This document shows, piece by piece, positions 29,475-41,019 of a DNA stretch of 64,000 bases. The notes under the pieces were generated by a model. It had not been told where the DNA came from. It did not search any database and saw only the letters and a list, made by a program, of their open reading frames with translations. The first letter of the stretch is position 1, and each line of letters starts with the position of its first letter. The DNA comes from Candidatus Marinacidobacterales bacterium. Lineage in GTDB: Bacteria > Acidobacteriota > Vicinamibacteria > Marinacidobacterales > DATDRI01. A program made the translations under genes and the position numbers. The stretch spans positions 6,240,001 through 6,304,000 of the forward strand of contig OZ245365.1 of NCBI GenBank assembly GCA_965226495.1, read 5' to 3'.

Positions 29475-31881
29475 ATGATGGAGAGACGAATCGGCACGCT
29501 TGTCCTGATGCTGCTAGCATTTGGCGCAGCTTGCAGCGACTCATCGAGAGAGAGCGCTGTTTCCCTTCTCGCTCCTTCTCAGCCTTCCAGGGAAGTGGAG
29601 TTGGAAGGAAAGTCCCGAACAGCGTTTGACGGATCGAGGTGGGTGTCCCCGCTAAAGGTACCGCAGAACGCCGTGCTCCAGTTCTCGATGGCCGTGTTAG
29701 GCACACCCAGTGCCGGTCTACTTGCGACAGAGTTCCTGATCGAGATCGAAGTCGATAGCAAGCGGAGGCGCGCGTTCCGCGAGACCCTTGCTGCACAGGG
29801 GGGGAATCGTTGGAACGACCGCATGATTGATCTCACTCCGTGGGAGGGGAGAGCGGTCTCGCTGATCTTCACGGCGCGGCCTGTGCTGGACGCCTCGGGC
29901 GTGGTGCATCGGCAGTCACTGGTTCCGGTTTGGGGCGATCCGGTTCTTGCGAGCGTGCCTGCGAACGCCAGGTTGGGGCAATCGGTCGAGCTCTTCAATG
30001 ATTGGCATCGCCGACCCGGCCGGACGCACTCAGTAGGCGATACGAAGTTCAGCCACGACCGCGGCTTCTATGAGACCCCTTTCGAAGTGATCCTCACCAC
30101 CGCCACTCCCGACGCAACGATCGTCTATACCACCGACGGCAGTAAGCCGAGCGTGAGTCATGGAATCGTTGGCAACAAGGTTCTTGTGGACAAAACGACC
30201 GTCCTTCGAGTCATGGCGTACAAACCTGGTGCGACGAGCACGAACGTCGACACCCATACCTATATATTTCCGACCACGGTGAAGGAGCAGGCGACTCCGC
30301 CATTCGATTATCCGGCCCCGTTTCGCTCCTTCAATATGACTCCGTACGCAGATCTCGACGTCGGGATCGATCTCGATGTCGTGAATACGAGCAACCAGCG
30401 GGAGTTCGTGGAAGGACTGACGTCGATTCCCACCCTCTCCATTGTCATGGACGTGGACCATCTCTTTAATGAGAGCCAAGGGCTCTACTTTGGAAAGGGT
30501 CCACTGACCCGTCCCACCTCGGTTGAGCTCCTCTATCCCAGCAAGTTTTCCCACTTCGAGGGCTTTCAGGTCGATTGCGGAGTTAGAAGGCATAGTTGGT
30601 CGCATCCCAAGGAAAAGAACTCGTTCCGCCTGGTCTTCAGCAAAGATTTCGGTCCAGGAATGTTGAGATACCCTTTTTTCGAGAGTGCCGTGCATCATGC
30701 CGAATCTGCAGTGAAAGAGTTCAATACCATCGTTCTTCGGGCAGGGGGGGAAGAAAACTGGTCGAGAGGCAGGATCCTCGTCCGGCCGGGAGTGAGCGAA
30801 TTGGCGGTCTATGTCCGCGACCAACACGCTCGAGACTCGCAGCTTTCTTTGAGCGGTACGGCTGCGCACGGCATTTTCGTGCATCTCTATCTGAACGGGA
30901 TTTACTGGGGCGTATATAACGCGGTGGAGCGTCCGGATCGGCGTTTTCTCGCTTCGTACTATGGTGGTGACTCGGCTGACTGGTTTGCTATCAACCATTC
31001 CGGCGTAGTCGGCAAGCCGAACTACCCGCGCTGGTATGTCACCATGTACCGTTATGCGCGTAAGCATGACCTCTCGGAGCCTGCAAAGTACCGGGAGATG
31101 AAAACCCTATTGAATACGGCCCAGTTTAGCGACTACATCCTGCTGAATTGGTTTTCCGGTACGGGAGATTGGGGAGAACGAAATTGGTATGGAGGGATTC
31201 GGATTCACCCTCCCGGTGCCGGATTGTATTTCTGCTGGGATTCGGAGAATACCTACGGGCCTTGCTGACAAAGTTGGGCATGCGGGGGCTTGGGTTCCAC
31301 CCAAGTTCGTATCGGGCGGAACGTCCGTGCTACACCAACTATGGATGGCTTTGGCGGACAGCCCAGAGTTCCGGCTGGAGTTCGCGGATCGCGTCTATCG
31401 TGCCTGCTACAATGGCGGTCCCCTCGCGGACCATATAAACCAAACCAATTTTCGAAAGCTAGCGGACTACGTGGAAGCGGCGATGTTTTGTGAGTCGGCC
31501 CGCTGGGGCGATGCGGGCCCCGGAAGGGAGAATCGTCCCCGCACGCGGGATGTGCATTGGAAGCGGGCGCGGGACTATGTTCTAGACTTGATGGACGGAA
31601 ACGTGGAAAGGTTCATTCGAGAGCTTCGGGACCATGATTACTATCCCACCCTCGACCCGCCGGTGTTCGAACGAGCTTCTGACAGCGTCACTATCCGACG
31701 CCCGGCGGGAGCGGAAAGGGTCTACTACACCCTTGATGGAAGCGACCCACGAAACCCCACAGCACACAGTTTCAGCGAAGCTATTTCGACAATTCCTTTC
31801 TCTCCCAATCTCAAGGGACGTTCACGGCGGGGCGACGAGTGGAGTGCTCTGAACGAATACAGGACTTGGGAACGAGATTAA
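29475..31881 (+). pseudogene. CotH kinase family lipoprotein with Fn3-associated/CHB_HEX_C domains, frameshifted near 31260
   Basis: Lipobox FGAAC, YTTDGSKP, FVHLYLNGIYWGVYNAVER, WDSE; continues in the next frame (ESARWGD, YYTLDGSDP). Confidence 0.82.
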
Positions 31882-32042
31882 CCGTACAGCGATTCGATAT
31901 CGGCGAGGTCGGCTTTAGTGGTGTCGTTTATCACTTTAATCCGTAATCCACCGCGATGAAATATCAAGAACGTCCACCACTCCATGAGGGTACGGGAGTG
32001 CTCGACGGCGTCAAGGGTTCGCTCGCTACGCGCCCTTGACCC

Positions 32043-33469
32043 CGTCCTGTGCCAAAACTCGGCCCTTTTGAAATAGGCCATAAATCAGCAGCTTAGAGTC
32101 TGTGTTTGCGACCGGGCCAAGGGCCGTAGGCTTTACAATCGTCTGGCCCGAGGGTGTTATCTTCAGCTCCATGATGACGTACCACGTGCAATTCCTACTG
32201 CTCGTTGTGGCTGGCTGGGTCAACCGCCAGCAGCAGGATATGATCGACTACCTGCAAGAGGAGAACCGTGTGCTCCGAGCCGGGCTTCGGGGCAAGCGTC
32301 TCAAGCTCTCTGACGACGACCGGCGTAGGCTCGCCGTCAAGGCCCAGGCTTTAGGCCGCGAGGCGTGGCTCAGATTGCGTCCGTTGCCACACCCGCTACG
32401 CTTCTGCGTTGGTACCGCTGCCTCATCGCAGCCAAGTACGATGGCAGCAAGAACCGGAGTCCAGGCCGACCTCCGACGGCGAAGGACATCCGTGAGCTCA
32501 TTGTGCGCGTGGCGCGGGAGAACCCGACGTGGGGATATACGCGCCTGCGAGGCGCACTCAAGAACCTAGGACATGAACTCGGACGCAACACTATCAAGAG
32601 GATCCTCGCCGACCACGGTATCGCGCCGGCCCCGGAGCGGGGCAAGAGCATGTCGTGGAGCACCTTCATCAAGGCTCATTGGGGCGCCATCGCTGCGACA
32701 GACCTGTTCACCGTCGAGGTTGTGAACCCGTTCGGGCTCGTCCGCTACCATGTCCTGTTTGTCATCGATATCGCCACTCGCTGCGTGTGCATCGGTGGGA
32801 TAACGTCGGACCCAAACGGGGAGTGGATGAAGCAGGTGGCAAGAAACCTCACTGATATGTGGGATGGTTTCCTCCTTGGCAAGCGATACCTCATCCACGA
32901 CCGAGACCCACTATTCACCGAGGCGGTACGTGGGCTCTTGAGAGATTCAGGCGTGAAGCCCCTCCGCCTTCCCGCCAATAGTCCGAATCTGAACGCATAC
33001 GCGGAAAGATTCGTTCTCTCCATACGTCGAGAGTGTCTCGACCGCTTCGTACCTCTCAGTGAGCGACACCTGCGGACAGCGATAACCGAATACGTAGTGC
33101 ACTATCACACAGAACGGAACCACCAAGGTCTCGGCAACGAGCTCCTCACACCTCTGCCGGCAAGCGCGAATGACGCTGGCCCCATCGTGTCGCGAGAGCG
33201 ACTTGGGGGCATTCTCAACTACTACTGCCGTGCCGCGTAGATTGTCGCCGGCGACGGTAGCCCCTTGGTAGGCCCGCTCGGCGTAGCGTGAAAACAGCTT
33301 CAGGCACACGCTTCGATATTCGCTCTCGACTAGGAGGTCATCTGCATGGTGACGACCCGCCCGCCCAAGACGATTGTAAAGCCCACGGCCCTTGGCCCGG
33401 TCGCAAACACAGACACTAAGTTGCTGATTTATCGTCTATTTCAAAAGGGCCGAGTTTTGGCACAGGACG
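32043..33469 (+). mobile_element. Complete integrase-core (rve) IS with ~102-bp TIRs
   Basis: TIRs at 32043-32144 and 33368-33469. Confidence 0.9.
32171..33240 (+). pseudogene. Integrase-core transposase with a 1-bp frameshift near 32365
   Basis: [35 protein letters not shown]; the copy at ~24800 has the extra C. Confidence 0.88.
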
Positions 33470-34258
33470 GGAGCGGTCCAGCAGGTAGCCCAGCTTGAGC
33501 GTCTTCGGCTGCGTGGACAGACGCAGCACGTCGAAGCCGGAGCAGGCCACTATCTCTGTCGCACTGTTTCGCGTGAAGTAGTGGAGATGCATCCGCATGA
33601 ACCAAGGCCAACGGGCGCGAAAGAGGCGCGCTCCGAGACCCCCCATGTTGACGGTCGTGAAGCAGAAAAGCCCGCCGGGTGCCAGCAACTCGGCGACCCG
33701 GGCGACCGCGCCCACCGGGTCCGTCAGGTGCTCCCAGACATCCCACGAGACGACAACGTCGAAGTGCCCGTTCGAGCGGTACTCTTCGAGCGTTCCGTTG
33801 AACACGTCGAGTCCGTTCGCCTGCGCCTGCTCGGCCGCCCAGCGCGAGGGCTCGATGCCCACCGCCTTCCAGCCACACTCGCGTGCCTCTTCGAGGAAGA
33901 GCCCCACCGAGGCGCCTATCTCGAGCAGTCGGCCAGGTGGCCCGGTGAAAGGATAGCGCTCGATCGCCTTCAGAGACTCTCTGAAGGTGGCGCGCCGCTC
34001 CTGCTCGGAGGTGAAGTAGTCGGGGTCCTCGACGTCCCGGTACAAGTCGGCGAGCTCCGATGAAGAGACCGGAGGAATCGAACGCGCAAGCCCGCAGGGC
34101 CGGCAGGTGTAGATGTCGTCGTGGAGGGCGAGGTGCGGGCTCGTACAGGCGACTTCGCTGCAGGCGATCGCGTCACCGTTGGGCACGTTCGACGGGTAGA
34201 GAAGGTGGGTCCCACCACCACAGAGCAGGCAAAGGGGTCCTTCAGAGACTGAGGGCAT
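33470..34258 (-). pseudogene. Class I SAM methyltransferase with N-terminal Zn site, 3' end truncated by IS
   Basis: CLLCG..CRPCG, LLEIGASVG, WDVWEH, HLHYF. Confidence 0.85.
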
Positions 34259-34988
34259 CCGAGCGTTCCGTGAGCTCTCGCTGGAGGCGCTCGCGGTCCT
34301 GCAGGTTCCGGTAAAGCGCTCCGAAGGTCGAGAGGATGTAGCGAATGGAACTGAGGACGTCCACCGACGAGGAGTCCTCGGCGTAGCGGGTAGGGATGGC
34401 CATTTCCTCGATGCGGAATCGAAGCAGCACGGCCTGGATGACCATCTCCGAGTCGAAAACGAACCGATCGGAAAACTGCTGGTAGTCGATGAGTTCGAGG
34501 AAGCGCCGGGAGTAGGCTTTCATGCCGCTGTGCAGCTCTGAGAAATCGGTACCTAGAAAGTAGTTCTCCACGGCGGGCGTGAAACGGTTGCCAACGTAGC
34601 GATAAAAGGGCATTCCGCCGTCCATCGGCCGCCCGCCGTCTGCGAAACGGGAGCCGAAAGTGAAATCGGCTCGGCCCTCGACGATGGGCTCGATGAGCGC
34701 CGGAACCCGGTGAGGGGCGTATTGGTAATCGGGGTGCAATAGAACGACGATGTCGGCCCCCTCTTCGAGAGCCCAGTCGTAGCAGGTCTTCTGATTGCCA
34801 CCGTAGCCGCGGTTGGCGGGATGCCGTCTCGTCTTCAGGCCAAGGGAACGGGCGACCGCCACCGTATCGTCGGGGCTCGCGTCGTCCACGACGAGCGTGT
34901 CGTCGAAGCAGTCGGGGGGGATCTCCCGGCACGTTTTCTCCAGGGTTCGTGCCGCCCGGTAGGCGGGCATCGTAATGATGACTTTCAC
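34242..34988 (-). CDS. GT2 glycosyltransferase (DPM1-like)
   Basis: MPAY, VVDDAS.D, NRGYGGNQKTCY, HPDYQY. Confidence 0.93.
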   Translation of the reverse strand: MKVIITMPAYRAARTLEKTCREIPPDCFDDTLVVDDASPDDTVAVARSLGLKTRRHPANRGYGGNQKTCYDWALEEGADIVVLLHPDYQYAPHRVPALIEPIVEGRADFTFGSRFADGGRPMDGGMPFYRYVGNRFTPAVENYFLGTDFSELHSGMKAYSRRFLELIDYQQFSDRFVFDSEMVIQAVLLRFRIEEMAIPTRYAEDSSSVDVLSSIRYILSTFGALYRNLQDRERLQRELTERSDALSL

Positions 34989-35118
34989 GTTAGACCTTAT
35001 TCCGGCCGGCGATGTTAGCGCAGCACACCATCGGACACAAGGATGCTTCGACCGGCCAAGGTCCAGAGGTTCTCACAGCTCCGAGTTGAGCTCTTGTCAA
35101 CAGGTGTGTAAAAAAGTT

Positions 35119-35779
35119 GGGTCTACGCGGATTCGTGTGGGTTGAAGACGGCATTTCTGGGTAATGGCGGAAGGAATGCCGCCACGATCTTCAGCTTGAG
35201 ATATTCCTCGTCGCGATAGCCGTAGGCGCGTCGTTGCAGCACACGGATTTTGTTGTTGACCCCTTCAACTAGGAGGCGCAGACGTTCCATCTCGGCCACC
35301 GCCTTGTCCGGCACAGCTTGCCCACATGCGTCGCAAAACGCTGGGTGTAGCGCGAGTTGTTCGCCAGCCAGTCTAGGTGTTCTACATGCAAACCGCCGCA
35401 CCCAGAACAGTTGACGCGCCAACGCTCGTATTCCAGATAGATCCGCCAGCCTGCCAACGACAGGTCGCGGACCCGGCACACTTGCTTGTCATAGCGCCCC
35501 CGGCACCGTTGCCCACAGTAAGAGCACACAGCTGTTTTTTTCGCCTCTTGAGCTGGATGACGCGGGCGTATCGGTCACCGAATAGACCCTTCAATCCGGC
35601 ACACCACGAAACCTGGCAGCGCAAACAGCGAGCGGATCGACTGGGAATTTTTCACTCGGTTAGCCTATCCTCAAAATGGACCACCTTTCAGCACCTGATG
35701 AAGTACTCGATACCTTTTCCACACAATGAGTTACACTGTTTTTCCGTCAGAACTTACCCACACGAATCCGCGTAGACCC
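35119..35779 (-). mobile_element. Internally deleted ISL3 element
   Basis: Perfect 24-bp TIRs, 8-bp TSD AAAAAGTT, transposase N- and C-terminal scraps (EGVNNKIRVLQRRAYG). Confidence 0.9.
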
Positions 35780-35928
35780 AAAAAGTTTAGGCAGCAGCAA
35801 CCTTCGACGACTCCGTTACCCTCTCTCCACCTTCGAATCGAACGCCCAGGTAGGTACTTTCGAGATTACGGCCTCTCCCTAAAGCTCCGGCTGGATCGGG
35901 ACGATAGGAAAGGGCGGTACAAGCTTAA

Positions 35929-37851
35929 TCACGGTTGGCCGGAGCGATCGGCCACCATCAAAGGTGAAGCGTAAGTCTCCAAGTAGCTTCTGTGCTTGTT
36001 CACACCAAAGACGGCGAGGCTTGCACTCAACACCACCGCCGCGATGAAACCGGCGCGGCCGCGACGGGAGAGCTCGGCCAGCGTGAGCCCCGAAAGCATC
36101 GCGATCCAGGGTCCGACGAAGGTGATCTCCTTTAGGTCCTTGAACGTTCCCCCGCCAAACGCCCTCAAGCTGAGCAGCAAGACGAAAGCGAGTCCGTAAA
36201 CGACGAGGAAGCGATATCCCGCCGTCGTCGTGCGCCGCCGCGCAAGGGCGAGACCGACGAGAGCGAGCGCCGGGTACAGATAGCCGTAAAACAATGGGAT
36301 ACGTGACAGCGCCGCGAGAGGCGGCGTTCCCGATCCCGATGCGCTGACTCCTGCACTGCCGGCCATCAACGCCGGGAGCATCTCCGTCGCAAAAGCCCAA
36401 ACGAAAGGCCGATAGAGGCCGAGGATGGTGAGGGTGCCCGTCACGAGAAGCACGCCGAGTAGGCGAAAGGTGAGCCGCCTATCGAAGAGCGCAAAGATGC
36501 CCATGAAAGCCGCAAGGCTGAAATAGCTCGACGTATATTCGAGAAAGCTCGCAAGCGTCGCGCCACCGACGGCGGCGAAACGTTTCGAGCTCTCCGGCTT
36601 CAATGAAAGCAGGAGCACCGCCGACATCACAAGAAGGTCGAGAAAGTGCCCGACCACGGTCGCGTGCAGCGCGAGGACGAGACGGCTGAACAAAGGCGGC
36701 AAGAAGGCCGAGAAAAACGCCGCGGCGATCGCGACGCGCGCATCGAAAAGCGTTGTCGCGAGCCAAAAAACGGCAAGAACCTGGAGCGATGCGGCGGCAA
36801 GACCGAACAGGCGCACGCCGTCTTCCACAGCGCCCGGCGTCGGTAGGAAAGTGAACGGAAGAAAATAGAGCGGAGAATAAGGAAACGCGTAGTCCTTCCC
36901 GCCGACGGTGCGGGGATAGCCAACACCCGTCCGCTCCTGTGTAGCGACCCCTCGCTCCGCCATGGTTCCTGTCATTTCTGGATAGATGCCCACGTAGCGG
37001 CGCATGTTGGCCACGTCGGGATAGAACGTGACTGGATGGAACAGGCCCGCGCCCTTCACCAAGAAGCCGAGCACGAAAATCGCGAGAGCCCACCGGCCAG
37101 AATCTCGCCTCCGTAACCACCAAGCCGCGAACAACGACAACACGATGGCGGCAGGAGCGATTTTCTGGATTGCAAAGGCGAAGCTGAAAGGGTCGAGACC
37201 TGCCCAGATAGCCGTCGTTACGATCCAGGGAAGTACGAGAACGAACGCGAGCAGCCGATCGAAGCCAGCGACGCGAAAGAGAACGAAGAGAAACGTCGTC
37301 GAGAACCCCGGAAGCCAAAGGGCCCAACCACGCGCTCGGACCCGCGCGCGCTCTCCGGTCTCGAGAGCGACCCAGTCGAGCCTCAGGCCGAGATTCTGGC
37401 GCTCGTGGGAGTCCACTTTGAAGTGGATCGAGACCGGCGTCTCCGAGACGGCAGCGAGCGTCACATGCCTGAGGCGCGTCTGGCCGCCCCGGCTTTCGAA
37501 CATGTCGATGAGCTGTTCGTCGAGATAGACCTCGGAGATAGCGGTTTCTGGAAACACGCGCCAAAAACGATAGGAAAGCTCGAGCGGCCCACCTTCGACG
37601 GTGACAGGAAGCTCGATCGAAGCATCGTAGCTCGTCCAACGGGACGCGGAGACCCCATCGCTGATCTCATAGTGCGGTGCAAAGCCCGAGATGTAGGACG
37701 CGTCGTTCGGGCCGAGCTGAAAAAGAATCGCGTTCTCGCCAGAGCGTCCCCTTCCGGTGAGAAACACGGTCAAAGTCAGCACGACGAGTGCGACGACGAC
37801 GTCGCCCCATTTCCCCGCGTTCAACCTCGTGAGGTATGCTTGGCCGCTCAT
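35929..37851 (-). CDS. Multi-pass membrane protein (GT-C-like)
   Basis: 640 aa, many TM helices, FPYSPLYF. Confidence 0.75.
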   Translation of the reverse strand: MSGQAYLTRLNAGKWGDVVVALVVLTLTVFLTGRGRSGENAILFQLGPNDASYISGFAPHYEISDGVSASRWTSYDASIELPVTVEGGPLELSYRFWRVFPETAISEVYLDEQLIDMFESRGGQTRLRHVTLAAVSETPVSIHFKVDSHERQNLGLRLDWVALETGERARVRARGWALWLPGFSTTFLFVLFRVAGFDRLLAFVLVLPWIVTTAIWAGLDPFSFAFAIQKIAPAAIVLSLFAAWWLRRRDSGRWALAIFVLGFLVKGAGLFHPVTFYPDVANMRRYVGIYPEMTGTMAERGVATQERTGVGYPRTVGGKDYAFPYSPLYFLPFTFLPTPGAVEDGVRLFGLAAASLQVLAVFWLATTLFDARVAIAAAFFSAFLPPLFSRLVLALHATVVGHFLDLLVMSAVLLLSLKPESSKRFAAVGGATLASFLEYTSSYFSLAAFMGIFALFDRRLTFRLLGVLLVTGTLTILGLYRPFVWAFATEMLPALMAGSAGVSASGSGTPPLAALSRIPLFYGYLYPALALVGLALARRRTTTAGYRFLVVYGLAFVLLLSLRAFGGGTFKDLKEITFVGPWIAMLSGLTLAELSRRGRAGFIAAVVLSASLAVFGVNKHRSYLETYASPLMVADRSGQP

Positions 37852-37892
37852 ACCAAGCGTAACACTAACACTTCGCGAGCATCGAACAGAAA

Positions 37893-39794
37893 ATGTGTGG
37901 AATTTGTGGCGTTTTTGACAGAGAAGCGGAAACGAAGCCCGACCCTTCTATCATCGAGGAGATGAATCGAGCGATCACTCATCGGGGCCCCGATGATGAC
38001 GGCACGTTCTTCGATCGCGGCGTTGGACTAGGCGCACGACGTCTCTCAATCATCGATGTGGAAGGGGGCCACCAGCCCATCCATAACGAGGATTCCAGCA
38101 TCTGGATCGTATTCAACGGCGAAATCTACAACTGCCGTCAGCTGCAAGCACTTCTGGAGAAGCTGGGTCATCGCTTCTACACGCGTACGGACACCGAGAC
38201 CGTCGTCCATGCCTATGAAGAGTTCGGCGACGAATGCGTCAAATACCTCAACGGAATGTTCGCCTTCGCCATCTGGGACCATCCTCGTCGGAGGCTGTTC
38301 GTCGCGCGAGACCGTTTCGGCATCAAGCCGCTTTATTACACGCTCGTCGACAAGAAGCTCGTTTTTGGCTCGGAGCTCAAATCCATTCTGAAACACCCCG
38401 CGGTGGAGCGCCGGATCGATTTCGTCGCGTTCAACGAATATCTCTCCTTTGAATACGTGCCCTCTCCGAGGACGATCTTCAAAGGCATTCACCGGCTAGA
38501 ACCTGGGCACGTGCTCGTAGCCAACGACTCGGGCGTCAACGTTAAGCGCTACTGGGATATGAGCCTAGCGAAGAGCGAGCGCCGGCCCCCGGTGAGCTGG
38601 CGCGATTTCAAGGACCAACTGCGCGTAAAGCTAAAAGAAGCCGTCGAAAAAGAGATGCTGAGCGATGTGCCGATTGGCGTCCTCTTGAGTGGCGGCATAG
38701 ACTCGAGCGCCGTGGCCGCGATGATGTCGCAGATAGCCCCGGGCGCCGTCAAGAGTTTCTCCATCGCATTCGAAGAGAAGTCTTTCGACGAGTCGCGCTA
38801 CGCCCGGATGGTGGCCGACAAGGTCGGCTCGGAGCACCACGAGCTCACGGTTACTTCGCGCATGATGCTCGACCTCGTGCCAAAGCTCATGGATTTTCTC
38901 GACGAGCCCTTCGGCGATTCCTCGATCGTGCCGACCTATTTTCTGTCGCAATTCACGCGAGAGAAGGTCAAGGTAGCGCTCGGCGGTGACGGGGGCGACG
39001 AGATGTTCGCCGGGTACCCAACGCTCCAAGCCCACCGCCTCATCGAATATTACGAGCGGTGGGTTCCGTTTTTCATGCGCGCGAGCGTCGTGCCGCGCTT
39101 GATCGACGTGCTTCCCGTTTCGAAAGACAACATCAGCTTGGACTTCAAGGCGCGCCGTTTCATTTCCGGCCGAGGCGTCCCGGTCGCGAGCCGGCACCAT
39201 CGATGGCTCGGCTCGTTCACACCCGAGCAGAAGGCAGAGCTCTTTATCCCCGAGCTCGTGCAAGAGGAAGTCGATACCTACGAAGTCGCCTACGAGCACC
39301 AGCGCCGATGCGACGCCGCCCAAACCTTCAACCAGATCCTGTACATGGATACGAAGCTCTATCTCGAAGGCGACATCCTTGCAAAAGTCGACCGCGCCAG
39401 CATGGCCAACTCGCTCGAGGTGCGTGTGCCGCTTCTGAACCACCACCTCACTGAATGGGTGGCCGAGGTACCTCGAGAGCTTAAATTGCACGGCCTGACA
39501 TCGAAGTCGTCGAAGTTCATCCTCAAGAAAGCCATGGAAGGCATCCTTCCGAACGAAGTGCTCACGCGCAAGAAGAAGGGCTTCAACGTGCCGGTTGCCT
39601 ATTGGCTCAACGCCGACTTGAAAGAGCTGGTCCAGGATCAGTTCGCGCCGGCCAAGCTGAAGCGCGAAGGTTTCTTGAATCCGGACTACGTGCAAAAACT
39701 TCTCGCGCAGCACGCCGAGGGCACGCACGACAACCGCAAGCAGCTCTGGACGCTCCTCGTCTTCGAGCTCTGGTACGAACGCTACATGATCTGA
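37893..39794 (+). CDS. asnB: Asparagine synthase (glutamine-hydrolysing) family amidotransferase
   Basis: MCGI, HRGPD, FNGEIYN, LSGGIDSS, GDGGDE, KVDRASMANSLEVRVP. Confidence 0.95.
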   Translation: MCGICGVFDREAETKPDPSIIEEMNRAITHRGPDDDGTFFDRGVGLGARRLSIIDVEGGHQPIHNEDSSIWIVFNGEIYNCRQLQALLEKLGHRFYTRTDTETVVHAYEEFGDECVKYLNGMFAFAIWDHPRRRLFVARDRFGIKPLYYTLVDKKLVFGSELKSILKHPAVERRIDFVAFNEYLSFEYVPSPRTIFKGIHRLEPGHVLVANDSGVNVKRYWDMSLAKSERRPPVSWRDFKDQLRVKLKEAVEKEMLSDVPIGVLLSGGIDSSAVAAMMSQIAPGAVKSFSIAFEEKSFDESRYARMVADKVGSEHHELTVTSRMMLDLVPKLMDFLDEPFGDSSIVPTYFLSQFTREKVKVALGGDGGDEMFAGYPTLQAHRLIEYYERWVPFFMRASVVPRLIDVLPVSKDNISLDFKARRFISGRGVPVASRHHRWLGSFTPEQKAELFIPELVQEEVDTYEVAYEHQRRCDAAQTFNQILYMDTKLYLEGDILAKVDRASMANSLEVRVPLLNHHLTEWVAEVPRELKLHGLTSKSSKFILKKAMEGILPNEVLTRKKKGFNVPVAYWLNADLKELVQDQFAPAKLKREGFLNPDYVQKLLAQHAEGTHDNRKQLWTLLVFELWYERYMI

Positions 39795-39819
39795 TGTTTG
39801 GCGCCTACTCAGTGCCAAC

Positions 39820-40098
39820 TCACTCGCCTATCAAAAGCGTTTCTCGCGACTGTGCTATTCGCGAATCACAACGATCTGGTCGTCGAGAAGGCGGTAGCCC
39901 AGCCGAGGCGGCTTTGGCTTCCTCCTCGAAACGCTTCCGCCTCAAAGCGTCGGAGGCGACGTCCGAGCGAAGGATCCTGATGGCGGCATCGCGACCGAGT
40001 CGGGTGTCTCTCGCACGATAGAGCTCCCACATCCCGCCCGCGCCGATCGGAGAGACGATCTCGTAATCACCTAGTCACGTTCCAGCGGGCAGGGACAT
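39820..40098 (-). pseudogene. Ser/Thr protein kinase N-terminal remnant
   Basis: YEIVSPIGAGGM.E.YRARDTRLGRD; degraded. Confidence 0.75.
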
Positions 40099-40182
40099 CG
40101 CAGGTGGATTCTAAGATGATCGGGAACGGGCAACAACCCCGTCGGGGAAAACGATTTCGTCTAACGCCGTTGAAGAGCTCGC

Positions 40183-41019
40183 TCAGCTCCTCCGGCCGCC
40201 GAACTTCCACGAGTTCCCGTTGCGAAAGACGATGTAGCGCGAGTCCGGCTCCACAGCCGGATCCTCGAGCCAGCGCTCGACCGTCGCCCGGTCGATATAG
40301 TGCGTCGTCGGCGTCACGAGCTGATCGAATGCGACGTGGTGGAAGAACGAGAAGCTCCGCTTCGCGATCCAGAGGCTGTAAGCTCCGAGGGGGAAACGTC
40401 GTATGAGCGGCTCCCCGAGGAGCATGGCGAGAAGACGGAGAAGCCTCGCGTAAAGGAAGTACTTTGCGGCAAGCGGGAGCGCGACGCCGTATTTAGTCAG
40501 CCACCACGGGAGCCGCGACGTCACCCGGCGCAACGGATCGACAACGTAACGGATGACGGCGTTTCCCTCGCGCGCATAAACCCAGCAATGGAACCGGCCT
40601 CGGGCGCGCGTATGCCGGAGCACCGCTCGAAATCCGTCGACCGGCTCTTTCAGATGATGGAGCACGCCGATGCAGTAAACAAAATCGAATGGACCGAGGT
40701 CGACCTTTGTGAGATCGGCCTGGTGTAGATCGAGCTCGCCCGCGAGCGCCTCGCCGAGATTGGCTTTCGTTCGCTCGAACGTGTGTCCCAACTCAACACC
40801 GGATAGCCGCGCCGGTCGGCACGCCGCCATGTGGTAGAGAAGCGAGCCGTTGCCGAACCCTAGCTCGAGAACCGCTTTCCCCGAGAAGGCCTCCGGCTCG
40901 AGCGGGGTGAACCAGTCCAGAAACTGCTCGCGCGTGTAGACGGAGCCCTCGCGCTGCCGATTCCACGAACCGGCAAAGGCCGCCGCAGTCTCAGCGTCGG
41001 GCGAGCGCTCGACGCTCAT
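40183..41019 (-). CDS. Class I SAM-dependent methyltransferase
   Basis: VLELGFGNG, YCIGVLHH; start overlaps the upstream stop. Confidence 0.88.
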   Translation of the reverse strand: MSVERSPDAETAAAFAGSWNRQREGSVYTREQFLDWFTPLEPEAFSGKAVLELGFGNGSLLYHMAACRPARLSGVELGHTFERTKANLGEALAGELDLHQADLTKVDLGPFDFVYCIGVLHHLKEPVDGFRAVLRHTRARGRFHCWVYAREGNAVIRYVVDPLRRVTSRLPWWLTKYGVALPLAAKYFLYARLLRLLAMLLGEPLIRRFPLGAYSLWIAKRSFSFFHHVAFDQLVTPTTHYIDRATVERWLEDPAVEPDSRYIVFRNGNSWKFGGRRS

